Origin: Gracilimonas sp.
GTDB taxonomy: Bacteria > Bacteroidota > Rhodothermia > Balneolales > Balneolaceae
Reading direction: 5' to 3'
DNA: 64,000 bases
Assembly (NCBI GenBank): GCA_031580945.1
Contig: JAVLBT010000002.1
Location: 5,016 to 69,015, forward strand
In this document: positions 18,022-27,665 of the stretch, in pieces
How the letters are laid out: every line of letters starts with the position of its first letter
Position numbering within the stretch: the stretch's first letter is position 1
Made by a program: the position numbers and the translations under genes
Notes under the pieces: model-generated
What the model saw: the letters and a program-made list of their open reading frames with translations, nothing else
The model's database searches: none
What the model was told of the DNA's origin: nothing

Positions 18022-20856
18022 ATGATTAAAAAGCTACTAATAATGCATCTTGCTTTGTTTGTCACATCTGCTGTGGCTTTTGCACAAAGCGGAAATATAT
18101 CAGGTACTGTTAGCAGTTCTCAAACAGGAGAGCTGTTAACAGGAGTAAATATATACGTGGTTGAGCTACAGCGTGGAGCAGCCACAGGTATAAATGGTGA
18201 ATATTCTATTGAGAATATTCCTTATGGTGAATACACCTTCAGAGTATCTTTTGTGGGATTTAATACCCTCACAGAAAATGTGACTATTGACCAGGCCAAT
18301 CAAACAGTGAATTTTGAGATATCAGAAGATCTGATGGGATTGGAAGAAATCGTTGTTACTGGTCAGGGCTCAGGAATTCGCAGGGATAGATTATCAACGA
18401 CCGTAGATGTCATATCTGCGAATAAGCTGGAAGAAATTCCTTCTGTACAGTTAGATCAGGTACTACAGGCAAATCTGCCCAATTCCCAAATACGGCTTAG
18501 CTCCGGACAACCTGGAACAGCTTCTTTAATTAGAGGAAGGGGAATAGGGTCAGCTCTAACATCCACAACACCTGTTATTTATGTTGATGGAGTACGAGTG
18601 GATAATACCAATAGTTTTAATATTAACACCGGTACCGGAGGGGCACAAAGTTCGGCCATAGCTGATATACCCATCGAGAATATTGAGAGAATTGAATTTG
18701 TGAAAGGGGGTGCTGCTACCACACAATTTGGTTCTGATGCTGCCAACGGCGTTATCCAGATTTTCACCAAAAAAGGAGTTCAAGGTTCTTCTCAATTTTC
18801 ACTGGAAACTCAACTTGGAGCCACTGTTGGAACCGAAGATTTTCTAAAATACGATCGGACGGCTGATATTCTATATAGTCCGGGTACCATTCAGGAATAC
18901 CAATTAACAGGATCAGGTGGATCTGAAAATTATACGTACAGTTTTTCGGGCTCAATGCGTGGCAACGAAGGATTCAAGGCGCAAAATGAAGAAATTCGAC
19001 ACAACCTTAGAGCCGGGTTTACAGCAAATGTAAATGAATATATGTCGTATGAGGGATCACTTGGGTTTACCTCAAATGAATTTGAAAGGGACTGGAATGC
19101 AAATACTTCAGCCTCCATTTTTGCTGGGCTGGAAGGGGGTTCGTATGGAGATCTGTCTGAATTGGATTCGGATGATTATGATGCCCTCAGTGAAGAACTC
19201 CAAAATGCAGTTTCACTGGTTGATATTTCTGAAAACGTAAAAAGGTTTCAGACATCCAATAAGCTAAAATTCAATTTGTCTGAGGGACTTTCAGCGTCTG
19301 CACTTGTTGGCTTAGATTACAGAAATAGCGGCCAACGAGTCCGGAATACGAATGAATGGCTGATAGCCATGGGATTTGCCCCTGAAGGCACAACCGATTT
19401 AGGTACCTTAAGGCAATCGGACCGTGATTTTCTTGCTTTGACCTTAGAAGCATCAGCAAGATATGAGAAGGATTTCGGGGACATCTCAACAATTACAAAC
19501 GCCGGAGCTCAACTATTCAGAAATGATGAAGAATCTATTGCCATCACTTCCAATGGCCTTCCGGATGGTTCTTTCAATGCAGATAATGGAAATGAAATTA
19601 CGGGAACTGATTTTCAACAGGTGCTGGTCAACTATGGTATTTATGTGCTGGAGAATATCAGCTATAAAAACACCTATGTAGTAGAACTTGGCCTGCGTGT
19701 GGATAATAATACTGCTTTTGGAGAAACCGTAGATCCGCAAATTTATCCAAAAGTAGGCCTGGCATATAACCTGTCTTCAGAACAGTTTTTCCAGGACAAT
19801 GTACCCAATTCCGTAATTTCAAATCTTAGATTACGAGCTAACTATGGCTTTGCCGGGAACTTTCCCACTCCTTTCTCTAATCAAGTGCTTGCTTCCATTG
19901 ACTCTTATTTAGGAGGGGGTACCATAGAGTTTGGTACACCAGGAGATATTGCTTTAAAGCCAGAAAGAACCGAAACCATAGAACTTGGGTCTGATATTGC
20001 ACTAATTAATGATAAGGTCAGTCTTGGAGTTACTTATTATCAATCCGAAACTACAGACGCCTTATTTACAGCACCATTTGCCCCTTCAACTGGTTTAGGG
20101 ACTGCACTGCAGAATTTGGGAGTTATTGAAAACTCTGGTTTTGAAGTTTCAAGTACATTCAATGTGGTACGAAATAAAAACATGAGTATTAATTTAAATG
20201 CTTCTGTAAACACCCTGAATAATGAGGTGGTTGATAATGGAAATAGTGCGGCCTTTGCAGTGGGTGGTTTTGCATTCCTTGGCTCTTATGTTGATGAAGG
20301 ACAGCCAGTCGGTTTTTTAAGAGGCAACAGACCTATTTTTGCTGAAGACGGATCATTGGCTGATGTTGAACCTAATGCAGTATTGGGAACTCCCATACCC
20401 GATTATTTTGGTTCAATATCATTAAATGGATCAGTCAAAAGCTTCTCATTTAATATAACCTCTGATTATCAAGTTGGTGCGCAAGGGGTTGCCGTGGATG
20501 ATGTACTTCGGTATTTCGGAGGCGTGAATGATGAAGGTAGAATTCCGGAAGCATCGGCTGCTGAAAGCTTTTTTGATCTTGCAGGCGTTTGGGTAGAAGA
20601 TACCGACTACTTTAAAGTGCGGACAATTTCATTAAGCTATAATATTGCCGGGACCACATTTGATAATGCTGTTAGAAGTGTAAGGCTGGGCTTTTCTGTG
20701 ACAAATCCGCTTAGTTTTGCAAGCTCATCTTTCGATCCTGAGGTAACAGGAGCTGGTATTGCCCGCGGACAAGGAGGATTAGGTGTTGGAGGTTTTGGCT
20801 TTGGTACGGAATCTCCTCCACGAAACTACGTGGGAAGCATAAAAATTAACTTTTAA
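18022..20856 (+). CDS. SusC/RagA-like TonB-dependent receptor
   Basis: Signal peptide, CarboxypepD_reg-like domain, plug IERIEFVKGGAATTQFGSDAANGVIQIFTKKG, C-terminal F. Confidence 0.92.
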   Translation: MIKKLLIMHLALFVTSAVAFAQSGNISGTVSSSQTGELLTGVNIYVVELQRGAATGINGEYSIENIPYGEYTFRVSFVGFNTLTENVTIDQANQTVNFEISEDLMGLEEIVVTGQGSGIRRDRLSTTVDVISANKLEEIPSVQLDQVLQANLPNSQIRLSSGQPGTASLIRGRGIGSALTSTTPVIYVDGVRVDNTNSFNINTGTGGAQSSAIADIPIENIERIEFVKGGAATTQFGSDAANGVIQIFTKKGVQGSSQFSLETQLGATVGTEDFLKYDRTADILYSPGTIQEYQLTGSGGSENYTYSFSGSMRGNEGFKAQNEEIRHNLRAGFTANVNEYMSYEGSLGFTSNEFERDWNANTSASIFAGLEGGSYGDLSELDSDDYDALSEELQNAVSLVDISENVKRFQTSNKLKFNLSEGLSASALVGLDYRNSGQRVRNTNEWLIAMGFAPEGTTDLGTLRQSDRDFLALTLEASARYEKDFGDISTITNAGAQLFRNDEESIAITSNGLPDGSFNADNGNEITGTDFQQVLVNYGIYVLENISYKNTYVVELGLRVDNNTAFGETVDPQIYPKVGLAYNLSSEQFFQDNVPNSVISNLRLRANYGFAGNFPTPFSNQVLASIDSYLGGGTIEFGTPGDIALKPERTETIELGSDIALINDKVSLGVTYYQSETTDALFTAPFAPSTGLGTALQNLGVIENSGFEVSSTFNVVRNKNMSINLNASVNTLNNEVVDNGNSAAFAVGGFAFLGSYVDEGQPVGFLRGNRPIFAEDGSLADVEPNAVLGTPIPDYFGSISLNGSVKSFSFNITSDYQVGAQGVAVDDVLRYFGGVNDEGRIPEASAAESFFDLAGVWVEDTDYFKVRTISLSYNIAGTTFDNAVRSVRLGFSVTNPLSFASSSFDPEVTGAGIARGQGGLGVGGFGFGTESPPRNYVGSIKINF

Positions 20857-20891
20857 TGGTCACTGAGATGAATTACAAAAAGAAGAATAGT

Positions 20892-22310
20892 ATGAAAAAA
20901 TTAGTATGTATTATGATAGGTCTTACTGTGATGATTAGCAGTTGTGACCTGATCGATGGAACCAACGTTCGAAATCCAAATCTTACACTGGATGATGCAG
21001 CAGCTCAACAGAATTCGGCGACAGCCTGGGTAAATGGGTTGGCACAGCGAAATGCGGTTGTTTATAACTCATTACTTACAGTAGCTGAATTGGCTGGTGA
21101 TAACTATGTAAATAAAGCAACATTCTTTAATCAAAATGTTGATAACGGTGTTTACAGAGATACCGATCCAAACTTTAATACGGCCCAACAAAATATCGCC
21201 AGGCTACGAGAACAGGCTGAATTTGGGCTGAACGATATTCTGGAAAATAATCCGGATGCAGCAGGCACTGAACTGGAGGCTGAAATGCATTTCTATAAAG
21301 GATGGTCACACTTGCTTGCAGGGGAATATTTTATAGCATTATCTGCAGAGGAAGTTGGCGATCCTCAATCCCCTGATGCACATTTCCAGCTTGCGGTAGA
21401 ATCATTCACAAGAGCAAATTCAGTTAATCCATCCATAAGTTATGATCTTGCTTTGGCGAGAGCCCACTATGCGTTAGGAAATCAAAGTGAAGCTGTTTCT
21501 TTTTCCGAAGCCGTATTATCTGCAGACTCAGACTTTGTCCGCTACATTGAATACGATGGCGTAAATGGCCCGACAAATACCCTTCAGGATGCCGTTTATG
21601 ATCGACAAAGCTTCAATGACTTTCAACCCTTACCCCGGTTAGATTTCCTTGACCCGAAATATGGAGACCTTGGAGGGACCAATGAATCTCCGGTGGTACT
21701 TCAAAAAGCAGAGGAGGCACATTTAATTGTTGCAGAGGCACAACTGGCAGATAATGATCTGCCTGCGGCACAGGGAACAATGCAGTCCATTCTTAGCTTG
21801 GTGAATTCGCGACCAACCCGGGATATTGATGATACCGAAGAAGGTCGTGCCGGAACGGTTGACGGCGGCACAAATGTAAGGCCCAATTCTTCATCGTATG
21901 AGGTGAGAGCAAGTTCATCGGCTCCTTTTATAAGCGGCCTGATCTTAGACAGAACAGCAAATACGACGGTTCCAACGGTTTCGGGAACGTCATTGACATC
22001 CACCGATATTACCAATTTATCTAACGGTCAGGAAGCACTCAGGGCTTTGTATCTATTACGTCAAGAGATCTTTTTTGGCGAAGGACGCAGAATGGTTGAT
22101 CTTGGTATTAAGTGGCCTATATCTGAAGTCGAAGCTCTCAATAATCCAAATATTGAAGCTTCAGAACGACAAGCTGTAATCCCATCTTATATTCCTGCAG
22201 AGTATGGAGATATGGATGCTTTTACAGTAGATGATACGAATCAGCAGGTAACGATCACCGTGGATATGAATTCTGTAATTGCCTCAGAAAGAGGAAACAA
22301 GTTTGATTAG
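20892..22310 (+). CDS. SusD/RagB-like lipoprotein
   Basis: Lipobox ISSC; LRQEIFFGEGRRMVDL; directly after susC. Confidence 0.85.
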   Translation: MKKLVCIMIGLTVMISSCDLIDGTNVRNPNLTLDDAAAQQNSATAWVNGLAQRNAVVYNSLLTVAELAGDNYVNKATFFNQNVDNGVYRDTDPNFNTAQQNIARLREQAEFGLNDILENNPDAAGTELEAEMHFYKGWSHLLAGEYFIALSAEEVGDPQSPDAHFQLAVESFTRANSVNPSISYDLALARAHYALGNQSEAVSFSEAVLSADSDFVRYIEYDGVNGPTNTLQDAVYDRQSFNDFQPLPRLDFLDPKYGDLGGTNESPVVLQKAEEAHLIVAEAQLADNDLPAAQGTMQSILSLVNSRPTRDIDDTEEGRAGTVDGGTNVRPNSSSYEVRASSSAPFISGLILDRTANTTVPTVSGTSLTSTDITNLSNGQEALRALYLLRQEIFFGEGRRMVDLGIKWPISEVEALNNPNIEASERQAVIPSYIPAEYGDMDAFTVDDTNQQVTITVDMNSVIASERGNKFD

Positions 22311-22337
22311 CTCATACACATAAATAAGTATAACCAG

Positions 22338-22367
22338 AGGGGATTTAGCAATAGATCCCCTTTTTTT
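22338..22367 (+). terminator. Intrinsic terminator after susD
   Basis: AGGGGATTTA-GCAA-TAGATCCCCT followed by a T run. Confidence 0.85.
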
Positions 22368-22399
22368 ATTCCCGTAACAAAAAAGTAAATAGAAGGCAT

Positions 22400-22486
22400 A
22401 AAAAAATCCCGATGCATTGAGATACACTACTATGTTAAGGAAGCTACTCCTATGGGGTTGGTATATTCAGTATCTGCATCGGGACT
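22400..22486 (-). ncRNA. Structured small RNA candidate (possibly 6S-Flavo-like; core antisense to the susC start)
   Basis: Closing stem TCCCGATGCA/TGCATCGGGA plus GATAC/GTATC, large central loop, ends in U7 on the minus strand; intergenic. The Rfam family name is recalled, not verified. Confidence 0.6.
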
Positions 22487-22645
22487 AATTTAATCTAATA
22501 CATAACAATCCATAATTTAAGCCTATGTGATTAGTTGCAGTATATTGTGATGAATACCTCTATTTGGAACATTTCGCAATCAGAGGAACGAAAGATTCTG
22601 AATTTCAATTTTTTCTGTTGACTATTCACAAATAAAACATGCAAC

Positions 22646-23365
22646 ATGAAAGGTAAAATAGTACTTATTGTCGGAGGCTCCGGCGGAATTGGATCAGCAA
22701 CTGCAAAGAGATTTGGAAAAGAGGGCGCTAAGGTTGTTTTGGCAGCGCGGAACAAAGCCAAGGCAGAGGAAGTGGCCAAAGAAATCAACGATGACGGAGG
22801 AGAAGCCTTTGCCATAGAGACTGACGCTACAAATCCAAAGGCTGTTGAAAGAATGGCATCCGAAATTGAAAATCAGCTCGGAAAAATTGATGTATTGATC
22901 AATGCCTTCGGTCAGGGAATTATTCAGCCATTTATGGACATTGATCCCGCAGATGCTAAAGAAATCATCGATGTCAATGTTTACGGCACTTTCCTCGTAA
23001 CACAAACGGTAATGAAGCATATGAAGGAAGATGAGCCAACTTCGGTAGTCATGTTTCCCGGTACAATGGGGAAATATGTAATGAAGAATGCTTCGGTTTA
23101 TGCAGCTTCAAAATTCGCCATACAGGGGTTTACAAAAGCATTGATAGAAGAACAACGACGTGGTAAAACCAAATTTTCATTGCTCTATTTAGGGGGTGTG
23201 GATACAGCTTTCTGGGACGACGAAAGGGTGAATATGCGTGTCAAAAAAGACATGATGCTAACTACGGAGGAAGTCGGAAATGCAGTCTATTATGCCGTAA
23301 ACCAACCTTCCGGTTCTGTGTTGAATGAAGTCGTCATTCAGCCGGAAAGTCATCAGTTGGTTTGA
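22646..23365 (+). CDS. Short-chain dehydrogenase/reductase
   Basis: GGSGGIG Rossmann motif, YAASK catalytic motif. Confidence 0.92.
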   Translation: MKGKIVLIVGGSGGIGSATAKRFGKEGAKVVLAARNKAKAEEVAKEINDDGGEAFAIETDATNPKAVERMASEIENQLGKIDVLINAFGQGIIQPFMDIDPADAKEIIDVNVYGTFLVTQTVMKHMKEDEPTSVVMFPGTMGKYVMKNASVYAASKFAIQGFTKALIEEQRRGKTKFSLLYLGGVDTAFWDDERVNMRVKKDMMLTTEEVGNAVYYAVNQPSGSVLNEVVIQPESHQLV

Positions 23366-23372
23366 ACTTAAA

Positions 23373-23507
23373 CTCTGCGAAACTCAGCGCTTCATCAGTG
23401 TGACTCTGTGTGAAAAAGATTCCTTTATTAAGCTTTTTGAAGCAGGACTGTGACCGTTCTTTATTTCTCGCAGATTTTCGCGGTGTTTGTCGCTGAGTTT
23501 CGCAGAG
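23373..23507. repeat. REP-like inverted repeat between convergent genes
   Basis: Perfect 17-bp IR CTCTGCGAAACTCAGCG (23373-23389) / CGCTGAGTTTCGCAGAG (23491-23507). Confidence 0.8.
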
Positions 23508-23511
23508 GTAG

Positions 23512-24867
23512 TTAGCTTGCAACCGGGCAATCGCTCAGGCATTTCTTATAAGCTTTTTCCAGGATGTCTAATCCTTCATCAATATGTTCCTGAGTGATGG
23601 TGAGAGGCGGACGGAAACGCACCGTGTTAGGTCCACAAGCTAATATCATCAAACCGTTGTTTACGCATTCTTTGATTACAGCATCACGGGAATGACCATC
23701 GGGCAGGTCTATTGCACAAAACAAGCCTTTACCACGTGGATTTGTAAAATACTCATGATGGTCTGCCAGAGCTTCCAGCCTTGTTTGAAGATAATTTCCG
23801 ACTTTGGCTGCATTATCCACCAGGTTTTCTTCTTCGATCACATCTAATATTCTGCCAAAACGAACCATATCCACCAAGTTCCCCCCCCATGTCGAGTTGA
23901 TTCGGGAGGATACATGAAAACAGTTTGTTTTAATGTCGTCAACACGTTTGCTGGCTAAAATTCCACATACCTGGGCTTTCTTACCAAAAGCTAAGATATC
24001 CGGTTTTACAAAGTGTTCATGAGCCCAAAATTTTCCGGTCATCCCAACTCCTGTTTGAACTTCATCATAAATTAGAAGGGTTTCGTGCTTGTCAGCTAAA
24101 TCCCGAAGCGCCTGATGAAATTCTAACCTAAAGTGACGATCGCCACCTTCACCCTGAATCGGTTCAATCAATATAGCAGCGATATCATCTTTATAGATCT
24201 CGAAAAAACGTTCTGCCTGTGCGATAGCTAATTGTTCTTGCCTTTGAGTCTCGCTCACATTTTCCTTGGTTGCAGGGAAGGTCATGGCAGGACTGATCAC
24301 TCTTGGCCAGTCAAATTTTGGAAAGTATTTCACTTTGTTTGGCACTGTATTGGTAACGGAAAGAGTATACCCGGTTCTTCCGTGAAACGCCTTTTCAAAA
24401 TGTAGAATTTTATGTCCCTTTTCTTCCCTGTATCCTTTTTCGAAATTTTTTTGAACTTTCCAGTCAAAGGCAACTTTCATGGCATTTTCTACGGCAAGAG
24501 CTCCGCCGGAAATAAAAAATGAGTAAGGCATATAGTCGGGTATGCCAACACGATCAAATGATTCCATGAATTCAGCCATATCCCTGGTGTAAATATCTGA
24601 ATTCGATGGTTTGTTAATGGCAACACGAGCTAATTTTTGAACAAAATCATCATCCTGGGCTAATTTAGGGTGATTCATGCCTAAGGGATTCGAAGCAAAA
24701 AAGGTGAAAAAATCCAAATATCGCTTACCAGATTTTGCATCATATAAATATGCACCTTCGCTCTCTTCAAGATCCAATACCATTTCGTACCCATCGGTAA
24801 GCATATGTTTACTTAAAACAGATCGAACCTGATCGGGGGTAATAGTCATTGTGTCTCGCATATACAT
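23512..24867 (-). CDS. lat: L-lysine 6-transaminase
   Basis: YLDFFTFFASNPLGMNHP, NKPSNSDIYT, GALAVENAMK, AFGKK, SRINSTWGG. Confidence 0.92.
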   Translation of the reverse strand: MYMRDTMTITPDQVRSVLSKHMLTDGYEMVLDLEESEGAYLYDAKSGKRYLDFFTFFASNPLGMNHPKLAQDDDFVQKLARVAINKPSNSDIYTRDMAEFMESFDRVGIPDYMPYSFFISGGALAVENAMKVAFDWKVQKNFEKGYREEKGHKILHFEKAFHGRTGYTLSVTNTVPNKVKYFPKFDWPRVISPAMTFPATKENVSETQRQEQLAIAQAERFFEIYKDDIAAILIEPIQGEGGDRHFRLEFHQALRDLADKHETLLIYDEVQTGVGMTGKFWAHEHFVKPDILAFGKKAQVCGILASKRVDDIKTNCFHVSSRINSTWGGNLVDMVRFGRILDVIEEENLVDNAAKVGNYLQTRLEALADHHEYFTNPRGKGLFCAIDLPDGHSRDAVIKECVNNGLMILACGPNTVRFRPPLTITQEHIDEGLDILEKAYKKCLSDCPVAS

Positions 24868-24979
24868 CTCCAGCTTTTTTGGTGCATTTTATATTCAGTG
24901 TAAGCTCGATAGAATAAAAGGGAACCTAATTATTCCTAATTTATCCCTGAAAAATAATAAGCATTCGAGTCTGAGCCGC

Positions 24980-25001
24980 AAAATAACCTAAATACTTTAC
25001 G
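24980..25001. promoter_or_regulatory. Putative Lrp/AsnC operator upstream of lat
   Basis: AAAATAACCTAAATACTTTACG, 19/22 identical to 45874-45895 upstream of the Lrp gene. Confidence 0.55.
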
Positions 25002-25132
25002 CAGATCATTGCTGTATCGAACTAACGGCAACTACAATGAAGCTACCAAATCCGCTCGAGTGCCTCAATAGCGTTTAAATTCACTAAAGTTGGAAATGAG
25101 TTTTAGAAAGTAAATTGCTGAGCGAGACAGAC

Positions 25133-26395
25133 TCATTTTTTGAACGCTTTAAGTGTTTTCTTAATGATCGAAACACATGCATGGAGCTGCGTTTCAGTCA
25201 TTACCAATGGGGGAGCAAACCGAATTATATTTCCATGAGTTGGTTTTGCAAGAAGGCCGTTATTTTTAAGAGCTACACAAAATCTCCAGGCAGTATCGCT
25301 TTCAGGATTATCATTAATGATTACGGCATTAAGTAATCCACGGCCCCGAACGTTTAAAAATAATTCCGATTCATCTACTAAGTTTTGCATTTCGCTCCTA
25401 AATATTTCGCCTAATTTACGGGCATTTTGAGCAAGACGTTCATTTCTAACTACTTCCAGGGCAGCTATAGCTACTTTACAGGCCAAAGGATTCCCTCCAA
25501 AGGTTGAGCCATGCTGTCCGGGTTTTATAACGTCCATGATGTGGTCATCTGCTAAAACAGCAGAGACAGGATAAGACCCTCCTGAGAGCGCTTTTCCAAG
25601 TATTAGCATATCAGGTTTGGTATAGGTGCTTTGACGTTCACAGTGTCCTTTACATGAGCAATCTCCACAAACCGCGAGCAGACTACCGGTTCGTGCAATT
25701 CCGGTCTGTATCTCATCTGCTATAAATAGAACATTATTTGCCTTACAGAGTGCAGCTATCTGGCGGATATAGTCATCATCAGGAACTACAACTCCAGCTT
25801 CCCCCTGAATGGGTTCTGCCAATACTCCAGCAATATTTGGCTGAGAAAGCGCATTTTTTAGAGCTTCGGGGTCATTATATGGGATTTTGATAAAACCCGG
25901 TGTATAAGGTCCAAAATTTTTCCGGGCATCGGGATCATTAGAAAATGAGATAACTGTGGTAGTGCGCCCATGAAAGTTGTTTTCGAGTACAATGATCTGG
26001 GCTTGTTCTTCTGGAATACCTTTTTTTTCATAAGCCCATTTTCGACAAATCTTTATTGCTGTTTCAACTCCTTCAGCGCCTGTATTCATAGGCAATACTT
26101 TATCAAAGCCGAAATAATCAGTGACATATTTTTCGTACTCACCGAGCACATTATTATAAAAAGCTCTCGATGTTAAACTTAAAGTGGATGCTTGATCAGT
26201 AAGTGCTTTCGTAATTGAAGGATGACAATGTCCCTGATTAACAGCTGAGTATGCAGATAAAAAATCATAATACTTATTACCTTCAGGATCCCATACAAAA
26301 ACGCCTTTTCCTTTTGCAAGTACTACCGGCAACGGATGATAGTTGTGAGCTCCATATTGGTCTTCAAGTTCAATTGCTTCTTGAGTTGATATCAT
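25133..26395 (-). CDS. rocD: Ornithine--oxo-acid transaminase
   Basis: [50 protein letters not shown]. Confidence 0.96.
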   Translation of the reverse strand: MISTQEAIELEDQYGAHNYHPLPVVLAKGKGVFVWDPEGNKYYDFLSAYSAVNQGHCHPSITKALTDQASTLSLTSRAFYNNVLGEYEKYVTDYFGFDKVLPMNTGAEGVETAIKICRKWAYEKKGIPEEQAQIIVLENNFHGRTTTVISFSNDPDARKNFGPYTPGFIKIPYNDPEALKNALSQPNIAGVLAEPIQGEAGVVVPDDDYIRQIAALCKANNVLFIADEIQTGIARTGSLLAVCGDCSCKGHCERQSTYTKPDMLILGKALSGGSYPVSAVLADDHIMDVIKPGQHGSTFGGNPLACKVAIAALEVVRNERLAQNARKLGEIFRSEMQNLVDESELFLNVRGRGLLNAVIINDNPESDTAWRFCVALKNNGLLAKPTHGNIIRFAPPLVMTETQLHACVSIIKKTLKAFKK

Positions 26396-26516
26396 ATAAA
26401 TAATTAGAATGTGTGTTCACCCAAAAATAGGAAAAGGAATCATCAAGATTGAACAAATAAATGTGAAACTTACCTTGATATCGGTTGGATTTTAGTCGTA
26501 TATTATAAGCCTTCAT

Positions 26517-26589
<73 letters not shown>

Positions 26590-26595
26590 CTACTC

Positions 26596-26629
26596 AAAGC
26601 CTTCTGATTCAGTTCAGAAGGCTTTTTTT
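26596..26629 (+). terminator. Intrinsic terminator after the tRNA
   Basis: AAAGCCTTCTGA-loop-TCAGAAGGCTTT plus T run. Confidence 0.85.
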
Positions 26630-26660
26630 ATATCCAAAATATAAGTGGATGGGGCTAAAT

Positions 26661-26915
26661 ATGTTTACAGTATATGCACTGTATTCACCGAAATACGACA
26701 AAATATATGTTGGGTACACTTCAAATCTGGAACAACGATTATTGTCTCACAACAAATTAGGCAAGAAAGGGTGGACTATTAAGTATCGGCCTTGGGAAGT
26801 AGTCTTTACGGAAGAGTTTGAGACTAAAAAAGAAGCCATGAAAAGAGAAAAGCAGTTGAAATCAGCAAAAGGCAGACAATATGTTTGGGAACAGGTAAAT
26901 CAAAAGTATAAGTAG
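26661..26915 (+). CDS. Small GIY-YIG nuclease (UPF0213-like)
   Basis: MFTVYALYS..KIYVGYTSNLEQRLLSHN..AMKREKQLKS; likely start is ATG 26661, not 26523. Confidence 0.9.
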   Translation: MFTVYALYSPKYDKIYVGYTSNLEQRLLSHNKLGKKGWTIKYRPWEVVFTEEFETKKEAMKREKQLKSAKGRQYVWEQVNQKYK

Positions 26916-26996
26916 CTCGTCGGGCTCATATCCGCCGACTGGCGGACGCACCACTCTAAAGGCTTCTTGATTAACTTCATAATGCCTTTTTTATAT
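26912..26996 (+). repeat. Degenerate second copy of tRNA-fMet plus terminator
   Basis: GTAGCTCGTCGGGCTCATA identical to 26535-26553, then palindrome TCCGCC-GACT-GGCGGA, then a decayed copy of the tRNA 3' end and terminator. Confidence 0.85.
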
Positions 26997-27135
26997 CTAC
27001 ACTGAAGGTGAAGCATTTTCAAGAGTCTGTAGTACTTATTTTCAGGATTATAATATCAACTGTTGTGACAACTCCGAGCGGTACTTTGTTGATTTTAGTT
27101 TATGGGTATTGAAGACAATTGGTGCCTTGGCCACA

Positions 27136-27312
27136 GTCCTCCCTGGAAGTAATGAGCAAGCTCATTCTTCCTGCCCCTCCAAAGGGACACAGTTTCTTTG
27201 CTTTGTTAAGATTGTGGAAGGAAAGCAAAGGTTGGTAGCGTTGTCACGTTTTCTGTCCCTCTTTGGAGAGGGGAATGCGAAATGAGCTTGCTCATACAGC
27301 GAGGGAGAGGAC
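27136..27312. repeat. Dispersed palindromic repeat, copy B (most symmetric)
   Basis: GTCCTCCCT..ATGAGCAAGCTCAT..CCCCTCCAAAGGGACACAG mirrored by CTGTCCCTCTTTGGAGAGGGG..ATGAGCTTGCTCAT..AGGGAGAGGAC. Confidence 0.8.
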
Positions 27313-27609
27313 CTTTAGGGCAAGGAATTTCTTCTATGCATAGTACTCATTTTAGCCCAAATATATATCCCCGAAGACTACATATTCAGCATTAAAGCAT
27401 TTTGCACATCTAAAACATTTTAAAAAAATAAATATCACAAAACCCGCTCTGAGTATTTGAATTAATCAATTCACCGTTGGAAAGCTGTTGATCAGAAGTA
27501 TTAAACGTTGAGATACCGTTGTATTTGCCGGCAGGCAGGCCCCTAAGGGACTCAGGATTTGATTCGTTGGTAACTATAATCATGAAGTGTTGATAAAAAT
27601 TCATGAACC

Positions 27610-27641
27610 AAAAAAAAGCCCTGAGCAGAACTCAGGGCTTT
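27610..27641 (-). terminator. Intrinsic terminator after the second susD
   Basis: GCCCTGAG-loop-CTCAGGGC with A8 on the left. Confidence 0.85.
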
Positions 27642-27665
27642 AAATAATTTACTTAATCTGAATGA

